Positions 1 to 10,128 of a stretch of 41,811 nt of DNA are shown here, piece by piece; the first letter of the stretch is position 1, and every line of letters begins with the position of its first letter. Origin of the DNA: Promethearchaeota archaeon (GTDB taxonomy: Archaea; Asgardarchaeota; Lokiarchaeia; Sigyniarchaeales; SOKP01); assembly GCA_019058015.1 (NCBI GenBank), contig JAHLWH010000183.1, positions 1 to 41,811 on the forward strand. The letters run 5' to 3'. The translations under genes were made by a program, and so were the position numbers. Below the pieces are notes generated by a model. That model made no database searches, was not told the origin of the DNA, and worked only from the letters and a program-made list of their open reading frames with translations.

Positions 1-261
1 ATTACCGATATCTATTTTAATATTTTCAAGCGTTTGTTAAATTTGTGGTCTTTTTGTTATATCCGCTTTGTTTGTCTTAATACGTCCAATATTTAAATAT
101 TTATCAAAATCTTTATTTGCTTTTTTTTTTTCCTCAGAAATATCAATTACTTCAACCTTTGCGCCATAATCACAAATAACAACAGAAAATTGCAAACCAA
201 GCTGGCCAAAACCGCCAGTAACAATAGCAACTCTATCATCCAATCTAAACAGATCTTTCAA
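1..261 (-). pseudogene. SDR-family oxidoreductase N-terminus, interrupted by an in-frame TAA; runs off the window edge
   Basis: Rossmann motif VAIVTGGFGQLG and ADIT. After the TAA at 37-39 the frame continues with SDR-like QTLENIKIDIGN, indicating a nonsense mutation (likely GAA>TAA) or a sequencing error. Confidence 0.75.
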
Positions 262-779
262 AACTTATTCTCCTTTATATTTGATTTTGTTTTATATATC
301 ATTTCACAAAATTCTCTTACAGCGCCATATCCACCTGCTTTTTTAAGAATTAAATTAGAAGCTTTTTTAACATAAGGAAATGCGTCTCCTACAGCAACAC
401 CCATTCCTAAATAATTCATACATTTGATATCATTAATATCATTACCAACAAAAGCCGCATTATCAGGAGATATTTTTTTCTCATCAAGAATTTCCTCAAG
501 TAGCGCAAGTTTATTCTCTACTCCAGAATAACAATCTATTCGGAGTTTCTCTGCTCTTTTTTCTACAACCTTATTGACCTCAGATGATATTATCAGAAAA
601 TCAACTCCAACCTCCTTGAGCATTTTTAAGCCATATCCATCACTACGGTTGGACATCACACATTCTACGCCATTTTCATTAGTAAAAACAAAATTGTTGG
701 TAAAAACTCCGTCAAAATCAAAGAAGACTATTTTTAGATTTTTAATTTTTTTTTTAAGTTTAAAATGAGAAAATTTCAT
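258..779 (-). CDS. KdsC/YrbI-family HAD phosphatase (probable nonulosonate-9-phosphate phosphatase)
   Basis: HAD motif FDFDGVFT, DGYG, GNDIND and the C-terminal GGYGAVREFCE typical of the KdsC family; adjacent to neuB. Confidence 0.88.
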   Translation of the reverse strand: MKFSHFKLKKKIKNLKIVFFDFDGVFTNNFVFTNENGVECVMSNRSDGYGLKMLKEVGVDFLIISSEVNKVVEKRAEKLRIDCYSGVENKLALLEEILDEKKISPDNAAFVGNDINDIKCMNYLGMGVAVGDAFPYVKKASNLILKKAGGYGAVREFCEMIYKTKSNIKENKF

Positions 780-781
780 AA

Positions 782-1837
782 TTATTCTAAATCATCTAAT
801 TTTATTTCTTCTTCTACTTTGAGAGAAACTTTTAGCTTTTTACCTATTACTCTATTAAGATAATATGGTGGTAGTCCTCCGGCAGGCGTCTTTATAGTAA
901 TATCATTCTCTGTTATTATAGTCCCCTTTTCAAGATCTTTAGAAGTGTATATGCTCTTACCCATTTTTTTTCTTGCCTCTTTTTCACAATCCATAATAGT
1001 TTTGTTTGCATTACCCAGAGATATTTCGATTCTTTTAAGATCCCTTATCTGTTTTCTAAGACCTTCAGGTTCCAAAGAAAATTTATGATCTGTCCCCTTC
1101 CATGAATGATTTAATGTAAAGTGTTTTTCAAAGACTACTGCTCCCATCATATAGGCAAGAACAGGTGCAAGTATCCCGTTATCATGGCCAGAGTAGCCTA
1201 TAATAGCATCAGGAAATTCTTTCTCCAACTTTTTGATAACTTTAAGATTTAAATCTTTATATTCGGTTGGATATCTAGAAGTACAATGAAGCAAACATAT
1301 TTTATCATTATATTCTCTAACAGCGTGATAAGCTATTTTAATTTCTTCAAGAGTAGAAGCCCCGGTTGAAATAAAAAGCGGTTTATTTAATTTTGCTACA
1401 TATACTAGAAGTGGTATATTTGTTAGGTCACCTGATGATAATTTAAAACTTGTTATCCCAAGATCTTCTAAAAAATCTACACTATCATGTTCAAATGGAG
1501 TACACATAAATTCAATATTATTTTCTTTAGCGCATTTCATAAGTTCTTTATACTCATCTACTCCGAACTCAAGATATTCCCTGTGTTCACCGTATGTATA
1601 ACCATAACTATTTTCATTATCATACAATCTGTTATAATAAGATTTAGTGAATAGTTTTTTGTTATTGCGTTTTTGAAATTTTACGGCATCAGCTTCAAAA
1701 AGCGCTGCAATCTTAATCATCTTTTTAGCTATTTCAAGATCCCCCTGATGATTATGCCCTATTTCAGCAATAAAAAAAGGTGGACCTTCGGTTGAAATTC
1801 TGCTTTTACCGAATTCTATAATTTTTTGAGCGGTCAT
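782..1837 (-). CDS. neuB: N-acetylneuraminate/nonulosonate synthase (NeuB family) with C-terminal SAF/AFP-like domain
   Basis: IAEIGHNHQG, DAVKFQK, LLHCTSRYP, GYSGH, EKHFTL, GTDH motifs. Confidence 0.93.
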   Translation of the reverse strand: MTAQKIIEFGKSRISTEGPPFFIAEIGHNHQGDLEIAKKMIKIAALFEADAVKFQKRNNKKLFTKSYYNRLYDNENSYGYTYGEHREYLEFGVDEYKELMKCAKENNIEFMCTPFEHDSVDFLEDLGITSFKLSSGDLTNIPLLVYVAKLNKPLFISTGASTLEEIKIAYHAVREYNDKICLLHCTSRYPTEYKDLNLKVIKKLEKEFPDAIIGYSGHDNGILAPVLAYMMGAVVFEKHFTLNHSWKGTDHKFSLEPEGLRKQIRDLKRIEISLGNANKTIMDCEKEARKKMGKSIYTSKDLEKGTIITENDITIKTPAGGLPPYYLNRVIGKKLKVSLKVEEEIKLDDLE

Positions 1838-1879
1838 TATTTTTTCTTAGAATTTTTTATTTTTTTAAATTTTATAATC

Positions 1880-2731
1880 TTATTTATCTATTTTTTCAAA
1901 AATATAATCAAATATTGGACTTTTACCATGCTGATTTTTTTGAATTATTTTAAATTTATATTTTTCTAATAAATTACAAATCCTAATTGTATCCGCGGAA
2001 TTAATATCTATCTCAACTTGAATTGTTTTTAATAATTTACTACTTAAAATTTTATTTGCACCTTTTAATATATAAAACTCATGACCATCAACATCTATTT
2101 TTAAATGATTTGGTAAATCTAAATTCATTTTAGTAACAATATCGTCTAAAGAATATTTAAATATCTTTTGTGAAAAAACAAAATTTTTTCTGTATTGCGA
2201 AGTATAACTTTCTTTATTAATTCCAGGGTGTTCTGCAGAACCGCTAAAAATACTATTGTATTTAAATTCATCAATTCCAGAAGTGTCTGACAAAGTTATA
2301 TTTAGTGGAATTATTTTTTCATGAAAATTATTTAAATATATATTATAACAAAGGTTTTTAAAAGTACTGAAGCCAGGTTCAAATGAATAAATTTTACATT
2401 TTCCGGAAGTGTTAATATATGCAACAAATGAGTAGGCTCCAATGTTAGCTCCAATGTCATAAAAAACATCATTTTCCTTAATAAAATCTTCTATCCATTT
2501 AACAGTTTTAGGTTCCTTTTTACATGAGTTAAGGCGATAAAGCACCCTTGTTGAATCAACATGAATTTTTATTAATTTATTTTTGTAATCTAAATATCCA
2601 ATATTATTATTTAAGATAGAACTTAATATATTGGTTCTCCATGTTAATGGCAAAAAATTCACTATTCTATCGTTAAGAAAGATTATTCTAAAAAAATTAT
2701 ACACTCTTTTAAATAGAGCTTTTATTATCAT
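1880..2731 (-). CDS. FkbM-family SAM methyltransferase
   Basis: FYDIGANIGAYS, SFEP, LKIDVDGHEFYILKGA motifs. Confidence 0.9.
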   Translation of the reverse strand: MIIKALFKRVYNFFRIIFLNDRIVNFLPLTWRTNILSSILNNNIGYLDYKNKLIKIHVDSTRVLYRLNSCKKEPKTVKWIEDFIKENDVFYDIGANIGAYSFVAYINTSGKCKIYSFEPGFSTFKNLCYNIYLNNFHEKIIPLNITLSDTSGIDEFKYNSIFSGSAEHPGINKESYTSQYRKNFVFSQKIFKYSLDDIVTKMNLDLPNHLKIDVDGHEFYILKGANKILSSKLLKTIQVEIDINSADTIRICNLLEKYKFKIIQKNQHGKSPIFDYIFEKIDK

Positions 2732-2816
2732 AATAGAAATATATATTTTCTACGAACTAATAATTTATATTGATTTAAATATTTTAATATCATTTAATTT
2801 GAGAAGAATGGTAAAA

Positions 2817-3236
2817 TTATAGCAATAAAAAGTCAATCAAAATTCTCTTTAGTTGTCGTACAACATTAAAAAATATCTTTAAATCTAAGAAATTCTTCCT
2901 TTTTATTGGTTTAAACCTTTTTTCAAATAATTTAATTTCTTTATAATTTTTAATTACTTGTAAATGCATTTCGCTAGAACTTCTGGATCCAAAATAAACA
3001 CGAATCATTTGACTTTCTAATTCAAAATTTTTTGCATCTACCTTAATACTTGAGATCTTCACTGTCGGATAATCGATTTCCATAAAATTTATTCCTCCAA
3101 ATGCGGCTGCATATTGATCTTGTACGCCACTTTCTAAACTAAGCTCTTCTATTTCGAGTTTATATGCGAATTCTGCTATTTGATAAGGATCAATCAAGGC
3201 AACAGCAATACTAGAACTAGCGCTTATTAATTTCAT
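2817..3236 (-). pseudogene. Fragment of a GHMP sugar kinase (HddA/heptose-7-phosphate kinase-like)
   Basis: SSSIAVAL and SGVQDQYAAAFGGINFME are GHMP-kinase motifs. The N-terminal domain with the GSGLG loop and the C-terminus are absent, and a short internal deletion appears to follow VALI. Confidence 0.75.
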
Positions 3237-3332
3237 TTATTCTATATTTACTTATTGATTTTATAAATATTTTACTAAGCTAAACAATTAAAGTAAATCT
3301 TTTTAAATATGTTAAAGATTACAAATCTGATC

Positions 3333-4958
3333 TTAATCTTTTTCTTTACTTGGGAAAAATCTGATTAAGACTTTGGATATGTTTTTATTAAGCCCTTTTA
3401 GGTTTCTTGAGAAGATGTCTCTACTAAGTAGTTCATTTATTTCTTCTTTAGTAATTGTCTTAGTAACATAAATTATAAGATAAAAAACAATGAAAAAAAC
3501 ACCCAATTCTATTGAATCTTTTAAAATCCTTTTAAAAATATCATGAATTAAAAAATTCTCAAAATTAATAAGATTTAAAATAAAAAATGAAAATATTAAA
3601 GAGATTAACAAACTAATTAAAAATAAAATTAGCATCTTTAATATCGGCCAAATTTTTAAATTTACCTCTTTAACACTTCTAGTTTTAAAAATTAACCAAT
3701 TAACAAATAAATTAAAAAAAGAGAATAAAACCACAAATATTATATAGCCTGAAAAACCCCAAAAATAAATTACAAATAATGAAAAAAGAAGGTCTAATAT
3801 TCTTAATATAATATCTCTTTTAAATATTAATTTCGGTTTATTGATTGAAACCAAAATTGCATTTAAATAACTATAAAGTATAAATGCAAACCCATCAAAT
3901 AACAGAATCTGAATAAAAAAAGCTATCAATAGATAATTTTCAGTATAAATTAACAAAATATATACATCAATGAAAAAAAATAAAATAGCTGAAATAATGC
4001 AGTGTATTAAAATACCATATTTTGAAATCATATAAACAGTATATTCCAACTTTTCATATTGTTTTTTTGCACTTAATTCCGAAAAAATAGATAATAATGG
4101 AGTACCTGAAGCTCCAGATGCTTGAAGTGCAAAATTTCTACTGTTTCTACTTATTTTGTAATATGTCAAATATTCAGGACTTCCAGAATAAAATAAAAAA
4201 TTCTGCTTTATATAAAGTACCCCTTGACTAACAGAGCTTGCCACCTGGAAATATATTCCAAATTCTTTAGAAATTTTAAATACTTGCCTAATATTTAATA
4301 GATTATTCTTTTTCTTAGCCTTCGGTACAATCCTAATAATGAAAATTATTGAGAAAAATACTGGAATTAAATATGAAAGAACATTAGCAAGTGATAATAG
4401 AATAATTGGATTTTCGGGAGAATTAAAAAAAATTATTGTATATAGAGCAAGGAGTAATAGAATTCTAGAGAGGTTTATAATAGCTACTTCTTTAAATTTA
4501 TAAAAACCTCTTAAAGTAAATGCACATGTGTTTATCATTATTTCAAAAACAATAATAGGAGAGAGAATAACGTAAATTTGAAAAAGAATATTTTGATTAA
4601 TGAAAATTATAAAAATTAGGAAAATGATAATCCAACAAACCAATGAGATTAATAATCTTAAAAATAAAATACTATAAATCAAGCTTCTAAGTTTATCTAT
4701 CTCATTTTTATAATTATATTGAGGGATATATTGATTTAATATTAAATTTGCAGCAGGCGGGAAAAATGCAAATAAAATACCAAGGATTGAAACCGTATAT
4801 AGACCTAATATAAGAAATGCCCAGCTTTCTTCTGATAGTAATCTAGCTATAAAAAATGAAGATAGAATTGTTATGAAAAAGGATCCATAAGTTTGTATAA
4901 TGGTATAAAAATTTCCTTTTATAATTTTTTCAGAGGTTGATTCTTTAGGTTCATTCAT
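3333..4958 (-). CDS. Polysaccharide/oligosaccharide flippase (Wzx/MOP superfamily)
   Basis: About 12-14 hydrophobic segments, N-terminal 'KIIKGNFY...FFIARLLS' pattern; located in the glycan cluster. Confidence 0.8.
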   Translation of the reverse strand: MNEPKESTSEKIIKGNFYTIIQTYGSFFITILSSFFIARLLSEESWAFLILGLYTVSILGILFAFFPPAANLILNQYIPQYNYKNEIDKLRSLIYSILFLRLLISLVCWIIIFLIFIIFINQNILFQIYVILSPIIVFEIMINTCAFTLRGFYKFKEVAIINLSRILLLLALYTIIFFNSPENPIILLSLANVLSYLIPVFFSIIFIIRIVPKAKKKNNLLNIRQVFKISKEFGIYFQVASSVSQGVLYIKQNFLFYSGSPEYLTYYKISRNSRNFALQASGASGTPLLSIFSELSAKKQYEKLEYTVYMISKYGILIHCIISAILFFFIDVYILLIYTENYLLIAFFIQILLFDGFAFILYSYLNAILVSINKPKLIFKRDIILRILDLLFSLFVIYFWGFSGYIIFVVLFSFFNLFVNWLIFKTRSVKEVNLKIWPILKMLILFLISLLISLIFSFFILNLINFENFLIHDIFKRILKDSIELGVFFIVFYLIIYVTKTITKEEINELLSRDIFSRNLKGLNKNISKVLIRFFPSKEKD

Positions 4959-5118
4959 TTACATTAATACAATTATTTATTCATTAAAAAAATTTATAAA
5001 ATCTACGCAAATCTCTACCATTTTTTACATTTTAATGTTAAAAATAAAAGACAGCAAAAACATTTTAATAATAATATATAAATCTAAAAAAATTAAATAA
5101 AAAATAAAATATTAAGAA

Positions 5119-8100
5119 TTATTCTTTTTTAAATTGAAATTCTATTGACTTAATATCTCTAGCTTTTAATTTGATATTACAATATGGACAATTTAATTCA
5201 ATTTTATCCTTTAATTTTGAAATTATATTATCTTTTAAAGAAGCCAAACAATCTTTATTTGGACAAATGTTTAATGTTTCAATTACTTTCTCTTTATCTC
5301 TTGTTAAATCACCGAAACTAATTTCAAGATTTTTGGCAGTTACCTTATCTGAAATGGTATCTTTATTTTTTTCAATATATTCCTTTAAAAATTGAGCGTT
5401 TGTTCCAATCGTTAAAGATATTTTTTCTCCTACTTTAAAATTGTTTTTTTTCCGAGAAAATTGAATATTTCTTACTAAATCATTTACCACGCGCTCAGCT
5501 AAGAGTTCTTCATCAAGGCTAATATCCAAATAAATATTACATAGTTTTGATTCTGCCTTAAGGAGATTTTTTGTTGGCTTTATAGATTTAACAATCTCTA
5601 ATTCTTTAACATTTCCCATTTGTTTTATTACATCTGGGAATATAATCTCCGGCATCCCATCTTTGGGTTCAATTATTATTTTTCTATTTGGCCATCTTAA
5701 CCTAATTTTATGTTCATCTTTTATAGAACGGATGATTTCTATCAGATCTCTCGTAAATTGCATTTTTTCTTCTAATTCCAAATCAATTACTTCTCCTTTG
5801 ACTTCCGGCCAGTCTTGCAAGTGAATGCTCTTAGTTTCCCCTAAACCCATTGATTTAAGAAATGGTTTAAACATTTTTAGGAAAATTTCTTCACTTAACA
5901 TTGGATTTATGGGAGCTAGTAATAAAAGAACTTTAAATAACACATCGAACAGCACAGCCATAATTTGAAATTTGTTTGGATCCTCGGAATATAATTCAAT
6001 TTTCTCCCGGTTTAGCATTATGTACCACCGGCTAATATCATTTACTATTAGATCTCTCAGTTGCTGTGTAATCCACGGAAGTTTATACTTATCAGATAGT
6101 TCTGTAACATTTTTAATTGTAGAATTTACTCTTGAAAGTAGCCATTTATCTAATTTGTTTAATCTTTCTATATTGATTTCCACTTTTGAAGGATCAAATT
6201 TGGCTAAAGTAAATTTCTCATTTGCATACACATAGATATTCCAGAGTGTATTAATGATTTTATAAGTATCTGTATATTCTTTTACGCTAAAATTTAAATC
6301 ACGACCGGGTTGGGTCGCACCAATTGAATAAAAGCGAAAAGTTTCAATTCCCTTAATATCGGAATATTTTTTATTATTTTTTATTTCTTTTAGAGTTCCA
6401 TTAATGAGATCTTCAGGGCCGAAAAAAGTTCCACGCGATTTACTTAATTTTTGATTATCTCTTAATACCCAACCGTGCATATAACAAGCATCATAATTTT
6501 TACGTTTAGATGAAACCATTGCACTACATAAAAGACTATTAAACCATCCTCTAATCTGGTCCTTTCCTTCTATAATAAAATTTGCTGGAACCCATGTATC
6601 ATAATGTCTTTTTCCATCATAAACTTCTTGAGCTGCCCACATTACAGAGCCAGAATCTAACCAAACATCTAAAATATCAGGTATTCTTTTTTTAGTTCCT
6701 ATTTTGCATTTTTCACATTTCCAGGTAACCTTATCGATCCAAGGACGATGTAAATCTTCAGGACATTCTCCAGCAATTTCTTTCAATTCTTTTCCTGAAC
6801 CAATTACAGTAGTATCACTACAATCTTCGTTATCACAGATCCAAACACTCAAAGGAACTCCCCAGAATCTTTGCCTTGAAATACACCAATCTTTTAAAGA
6901 ACTTAACCAACTTTTAAACCATCTATTTCCAGCCCAATCAGGAACCCAGTAAATTTCCAAATTTTTTTCTAACATTTCAGAAATAAGAGGTTCAGTTTTA
7001 AAAAACCATTGGTCTGTTGCTCTATACACTAATTTTGAATCGCATCGCCAGCAATGTGCATATTCATGCTCTATTTCATTCGTTAATAAAAGTGTTCCTT
7101 TTTCCTTCAATAAATCTAATATTTCTTGATTGGCATCAAAAACAAATTGTCCTTCAAATTTTCCTGCTTCTTTTGTATATATCCCTCTAATATCAACAGG
7201 TGTAAAAACTGGTATATTATTAGCCACACCAACCTCAAAATCTTCTGGTCCATGTCCTGGAGCAGAATGTACCAATCCCACACCTTCTGATGCAGAAACG
7301 TATTCATCTGATAAAACAATCGAATGAACTGTATCACTTTCTTTAGCTAATTCTTTTTGATAGGGAACCTCTTCTAAAAGTGGATGGATATATTTCATCC
7401 CTTCAAGGGCTTCACCCTTATATTCCTCCACAATCTTGAATTTATATCCCAACTCTCCAGTTATAACAAAAGTTGAGGAGCTTTTTGATAAAATCCAATA
7501 TTCATTTAAATCTTCAATTTTAACTTTCACGTATTCAGCATATGGATTTGCCATAATTGCTTCATTAGCAACTAAAGTCCAAGGGGTCGTTGTCCAAATA
7601 ATAAAATAGGTGTTTTCCATATCAATGGATTTGAGTTTTAAGAATAAACTTACATCCTTAATATTTTTATAATCGAATTCATGTTTGGCTAAAGCGGTTG
7701 CACATCTCGGGCAGCAATTTTGGGGTCTATAAAATCTATATAGTAAGTTATTCTCCCATGCTTTCTTTAATGTCCACCAGATACCTTCGAGATAACTATT
7801 TTTTAAAGTGATATATGGATTGTCCCAATCCCAAAAATAACATCCTAATCGTTTAAATTGTTCATTCATAATTACACGATTGTCTTCAGCAAATTTCTTA
7901 CAATTTTTAATGAATTTATCTACTCCATATTCGAAAATTTCTTGCTTATTTTTAATTCCTAGTTGTTTTTCCATTTGGACCTCAATGGGCAATCCATGAG
8001 TGTCATATCCTGGAGTATCTGTAACCTTAAACCCTTTCATTCGTTTATATCTAATTAGATAATCTTTCAATATCTTATTCCAAGCGGTTCCAAGATGAAT

Positions 8101-8256
8101 TGACCCGGTAGTATAGGGAGGTCCATCAATAAATCTCCAAGTTTCTCTACCTTCTTCTTTTTTTCTTATTAAGGAATATATATTCTCCCTTTTCCAATAG
8201 TCCAGTATTTTTTCTTCTAATTTTAATAACTCCAACTTTTTATCCAATGTTTCCAT
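5119..8256 (-). CDS. ileS: Isoleucine--tRNA ligase, archaeal/eukaryotic type
   Basis: DGPPY, HIGH-like HLGT, GYDTHGLPIE, WTTTPWTL, DWCISRQRFWG, EGKDQIRGWF, KLSKS. Confidence 0.97.
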   Translation of the reverse strand: METLDKKLELLKLEEKILDYWKRENIYSLIRKKEEGRETWRFIDGPPYTTGSIHLGTAWNKILKDYLIRYKRMKGFKVTDTPGYDTHGLPIEVQMEKQLGIKNKQEIFEYGVDKFIKNCKKFAEDNRVIMNEQFKRLGCYFWDWDNPYITLKNSYLEGIWWTLKKAWENNLLYRFYRPQNCCPRCATALAKHEFDYKNIKDVSLFLKLKSIDMENTYFIIWTTTPWTLVANEAIMANPYAEYVKVKIEDLNEYWILSKSSSTFVITGELGYKFKIVEEYKGEALEGMKYIHPLLEEVPYQKELAKESDTVHSIVLSDEYVSASEGVGLVHSAPGHGPEDFEVGVANNIPVFTPVDIRGIYTKEAGKFEGQFVFDANQEILDLLKEKGTLLLTNEIEHEYAHCWRCDSKLVYRATDQWFFKTEPLISEMLEKNLEIYWVPDWAGNRWFKSWLSSLKDWCISRQRFWGVPLSVWICDNEDCSDTTVIGSGKELKEIAGECPEDLHRPWIDKVTWKCEKCKIGTKKRIPDILDVWLDSGSVMWAAQEVYDGKRHYDTWVPANFIIEGKDQIRGWFNSLLCSAMVSSKRKNYDACYMHGWVLRDNQKLSKSRGTFFGPEDLINGTLKEIKNNKKYSDIKGIETFRFYSIGATQPGRDLNFSVKEYTDTYKIINTLWNIYVYANEKFTLAKFDPSKVEINIERLNKLDKWLLSRVNSTIKNVTELSDKYKLPWITQQLRDLIVNDISRWYIMLNREKIELYSEDPNKFQIMAVLFDVLFKVLLLLAPINPMLSEEIFLKMFKPFLKSMGLGETKSIHLQDWPEVKGEVIDLELEEKMQFTRDLIEIIRSIKDEHKIRLRWPNRKIIIEPKDGMPEIIFPDVIKQMGNVKELEIVKSIKPTKNLLKAESKLCNIYLDISLDEELLAERVVNDLVRNIQFSRKKNNFKVGEKISLTIGTNAQFLKEYIEKNKDTISDKVTAKNLEISFGDLTRDKEKVIETLNICPNKDCLASLKDNIISKLKDKIELNCPYCNIKLKARDIKSIEFQFKKE

Positions 8257-8401
8257 GAAAATTATCTACTTCTTTATGTTAATTGTTTATTATAAGAGAA
8301 TTAGATTAAAAAATTTAATCAAATCTTATAAAAAGATTAGATTTGAATTATAGAATTTAACATTTTCTAAAAAACTAATTTAAAAAATGATGACTTTCAT
8401 T

Positions 8402-10048
8402 TTACGGCATCATATGTGGAGGCGGAGTTTTTAAACAAAATCCACATTTACCAAATGAAGAAATTGTTTGATCCCAACAATGTTTATGATATAATCTCTC
8501 ACAATATGGACATTCCGTTCGACATTGATTATCATCAGCAGACGCAATAGGTAATTTACATGCACCGTCTGGACATTGAATTTGATGACAAATTACACAT
8601 GAAATAACCGAAACTTCAAAAATCTTTTTAGATATCGTGTTAAATAAATCAATTAGATATGTAAAAGGCGTCCAGTCATCAAAGAATTGCTGAATAGATG
8701 TTTCCAGTTTCTTTTTTATTGGCTCGTGGATTTTATCTTCAAATTCATTTAATACTTTAAGTTCGGGAGGATTCATAGGATAATTTGGGGGTAAAATTGC
8801 TTGAAATTCAAAAATAATATTCTCGGTTTTCATTTTACCTTTCATTTTCAGATTAATTGTATTTGTGAAAGCGTCAAATTGAAGCTCATCAATGCCACCT
8901 TTTAATAAATTAATCTCAAAATTTACTCTCGAATTTTTATCAACTAGCCAAGATATTTCTCTTAAAATGTCCACTACTTCTGATTGTTTAGGTATCCAAC
9001 TATTGATAGAGTCTAACTTGGAAGGAGAAATTTGTATTAAACTATTTAATTCTGGGCTGTAATGCAAAACGGGTGGGTTTGGATATTTACTAATATCTAC
9101 CTCTAAATCGTATTCTTTAAATCCATATGTAAGTAAATGAACATTCAACTTTGAAATGTTTCCCTCTATTGGTTCAGCTTGATATTCTCCTGATATTTTT
9201 TTGAATTGAACTTCAATATCTTTTACGAAAAATAATTTATTTTCGATTTCTCGTATTAACTCTACAATATGTGGAGGTGATTTTGAGTTCCATTTTTTAA
9301 GCAAATTAAGTACTTTCTTTGGTTCTCCTAAAAGATTTATTACTTCTTCTGGAAATGTAATGATGGGTTTTTCAGGGTAGTTATTGAAATCAATCTCGAT
9401 GATAAATGTTTTTTCTAAGGTAATTGTGAGATACACGTTGATATCTGCTTTATTTTTTTCTTTTTGATCAATTGGATATTCCATTTGGATTAATCCTAAT
9501 TCTGTAATGACTTCTAAAGGCATAGTAAATGCTTCTTCAGTAAAAGATTGCATTTCTGGTTTTGGAGATTGAAAAGATTCCTCCTTCGGTTTTTCTTCTT
9601 CATAATAGTCAGGAGTAATGAATGAGTCTTGTTGAAGAGATATTTCTTCTGCAGGATATTTGGAATAATCTGGAGTAATATACTCTTCTAATTTTTCAAC
9701 AGGAGGTTGAATAGGACCTAAATCTTCTACAATTTTTGCCGTTCCACTTAAAGCACTTTGAATTTTATCTTTTAATTCTTTTATTATATCAACAACTCTT
9801 GAATCAGGAGTCCAATTCTTTATTTTATCAAGATTTATATCTCCTAATAAATCTTTTATCTCTTGATGAAGTATTATTTGAGGAGGGGCATGAGGAAAAG
9901 TTTCATCAAATTTCACCTCTATAATGAATTTTTGTTTTGAGGTTTCATATACAGCTCCATATAAATGAGCAATATTTCCAGATACCATCCAAAAAGAAAA
10001 TTGTGATGCGATAATTTGAGCTTCTTTTAAAATTCTCTGCTTTTCCAT
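8402..10048 (-). CDS. Four tandem catalytically inactive UBC-like (UEV/RWD) domains plus C-terminal C4HC3 RING; putative FANCL-like E3 ligase
   Basis: Four repeats with (F/Y)Pxx(x)P and W...(V/I/L)(V/I)(D/E) signatures: FPHAPP, YPEKP, YPNPP, YPMNPP. No Cys occurs before the RING. RING pattern CVIC...CPYCx4Hx2C...FGKCGFC. Confidence 0.75.
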   Translation of the reverse strand: MEKQRILKEAQIIASQFSFWMVSGNIAHLYGAVYETSKQKFIIEVKFDETFPHAPPQIILHQEIKDLLGDINLDKIKNWTPDSRVVDIIKELKDKIQSALSGTAKIVEDLGPIQPPVEKLEEYITPDYSKYPAEEISLQQDSFITPDYYEEEKPKEESFQSPKPEMQSFTEEAFTMPLEVITELGLIQMEYPIDQKEKNKADINVYLTITLEKTFIIEIDFNNYPEKPIITFPEEVINLLGEPKKVLNLLKKWNSKSPPHIVELIREIENKLFFVKDIEVQFKKISGEYQAEPIEGNISKLNVHLLTYGFKEYDLEVDISKYPNPPVLHYSPELNSLIQISPSKLDSINSWIPKQSEVVDILREISWLVDKNSRVNFEINLLKGGIDELQFDAFTNTINLKMKGKMKTENIIFEFQAILPPNYPMNPPELKVLNEFEDKIHEPIKKKLETSIQQFFDDWTPFTYLIDLFNTISKKIFEVSVISCVICHQIQCPDGACKLPIASADDNQCRTECPYCERLYHKHCWDQTISSFGKCGFCLKTPPPHMMP

Positions 10049-10128
10049 AATTAATCAAAAAATTTTCTTTAAATTCATAAATTATGTATTAAAATCATAC
10101 TTCTGGAATAAAAATATATGTGAAATGG

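Noticed and set aside
8402-10048. Active E2 ubiquitin-conjugating enzyme
   Set aside because: No cysteine or HPN motif in any of the four UBC-like repeats.
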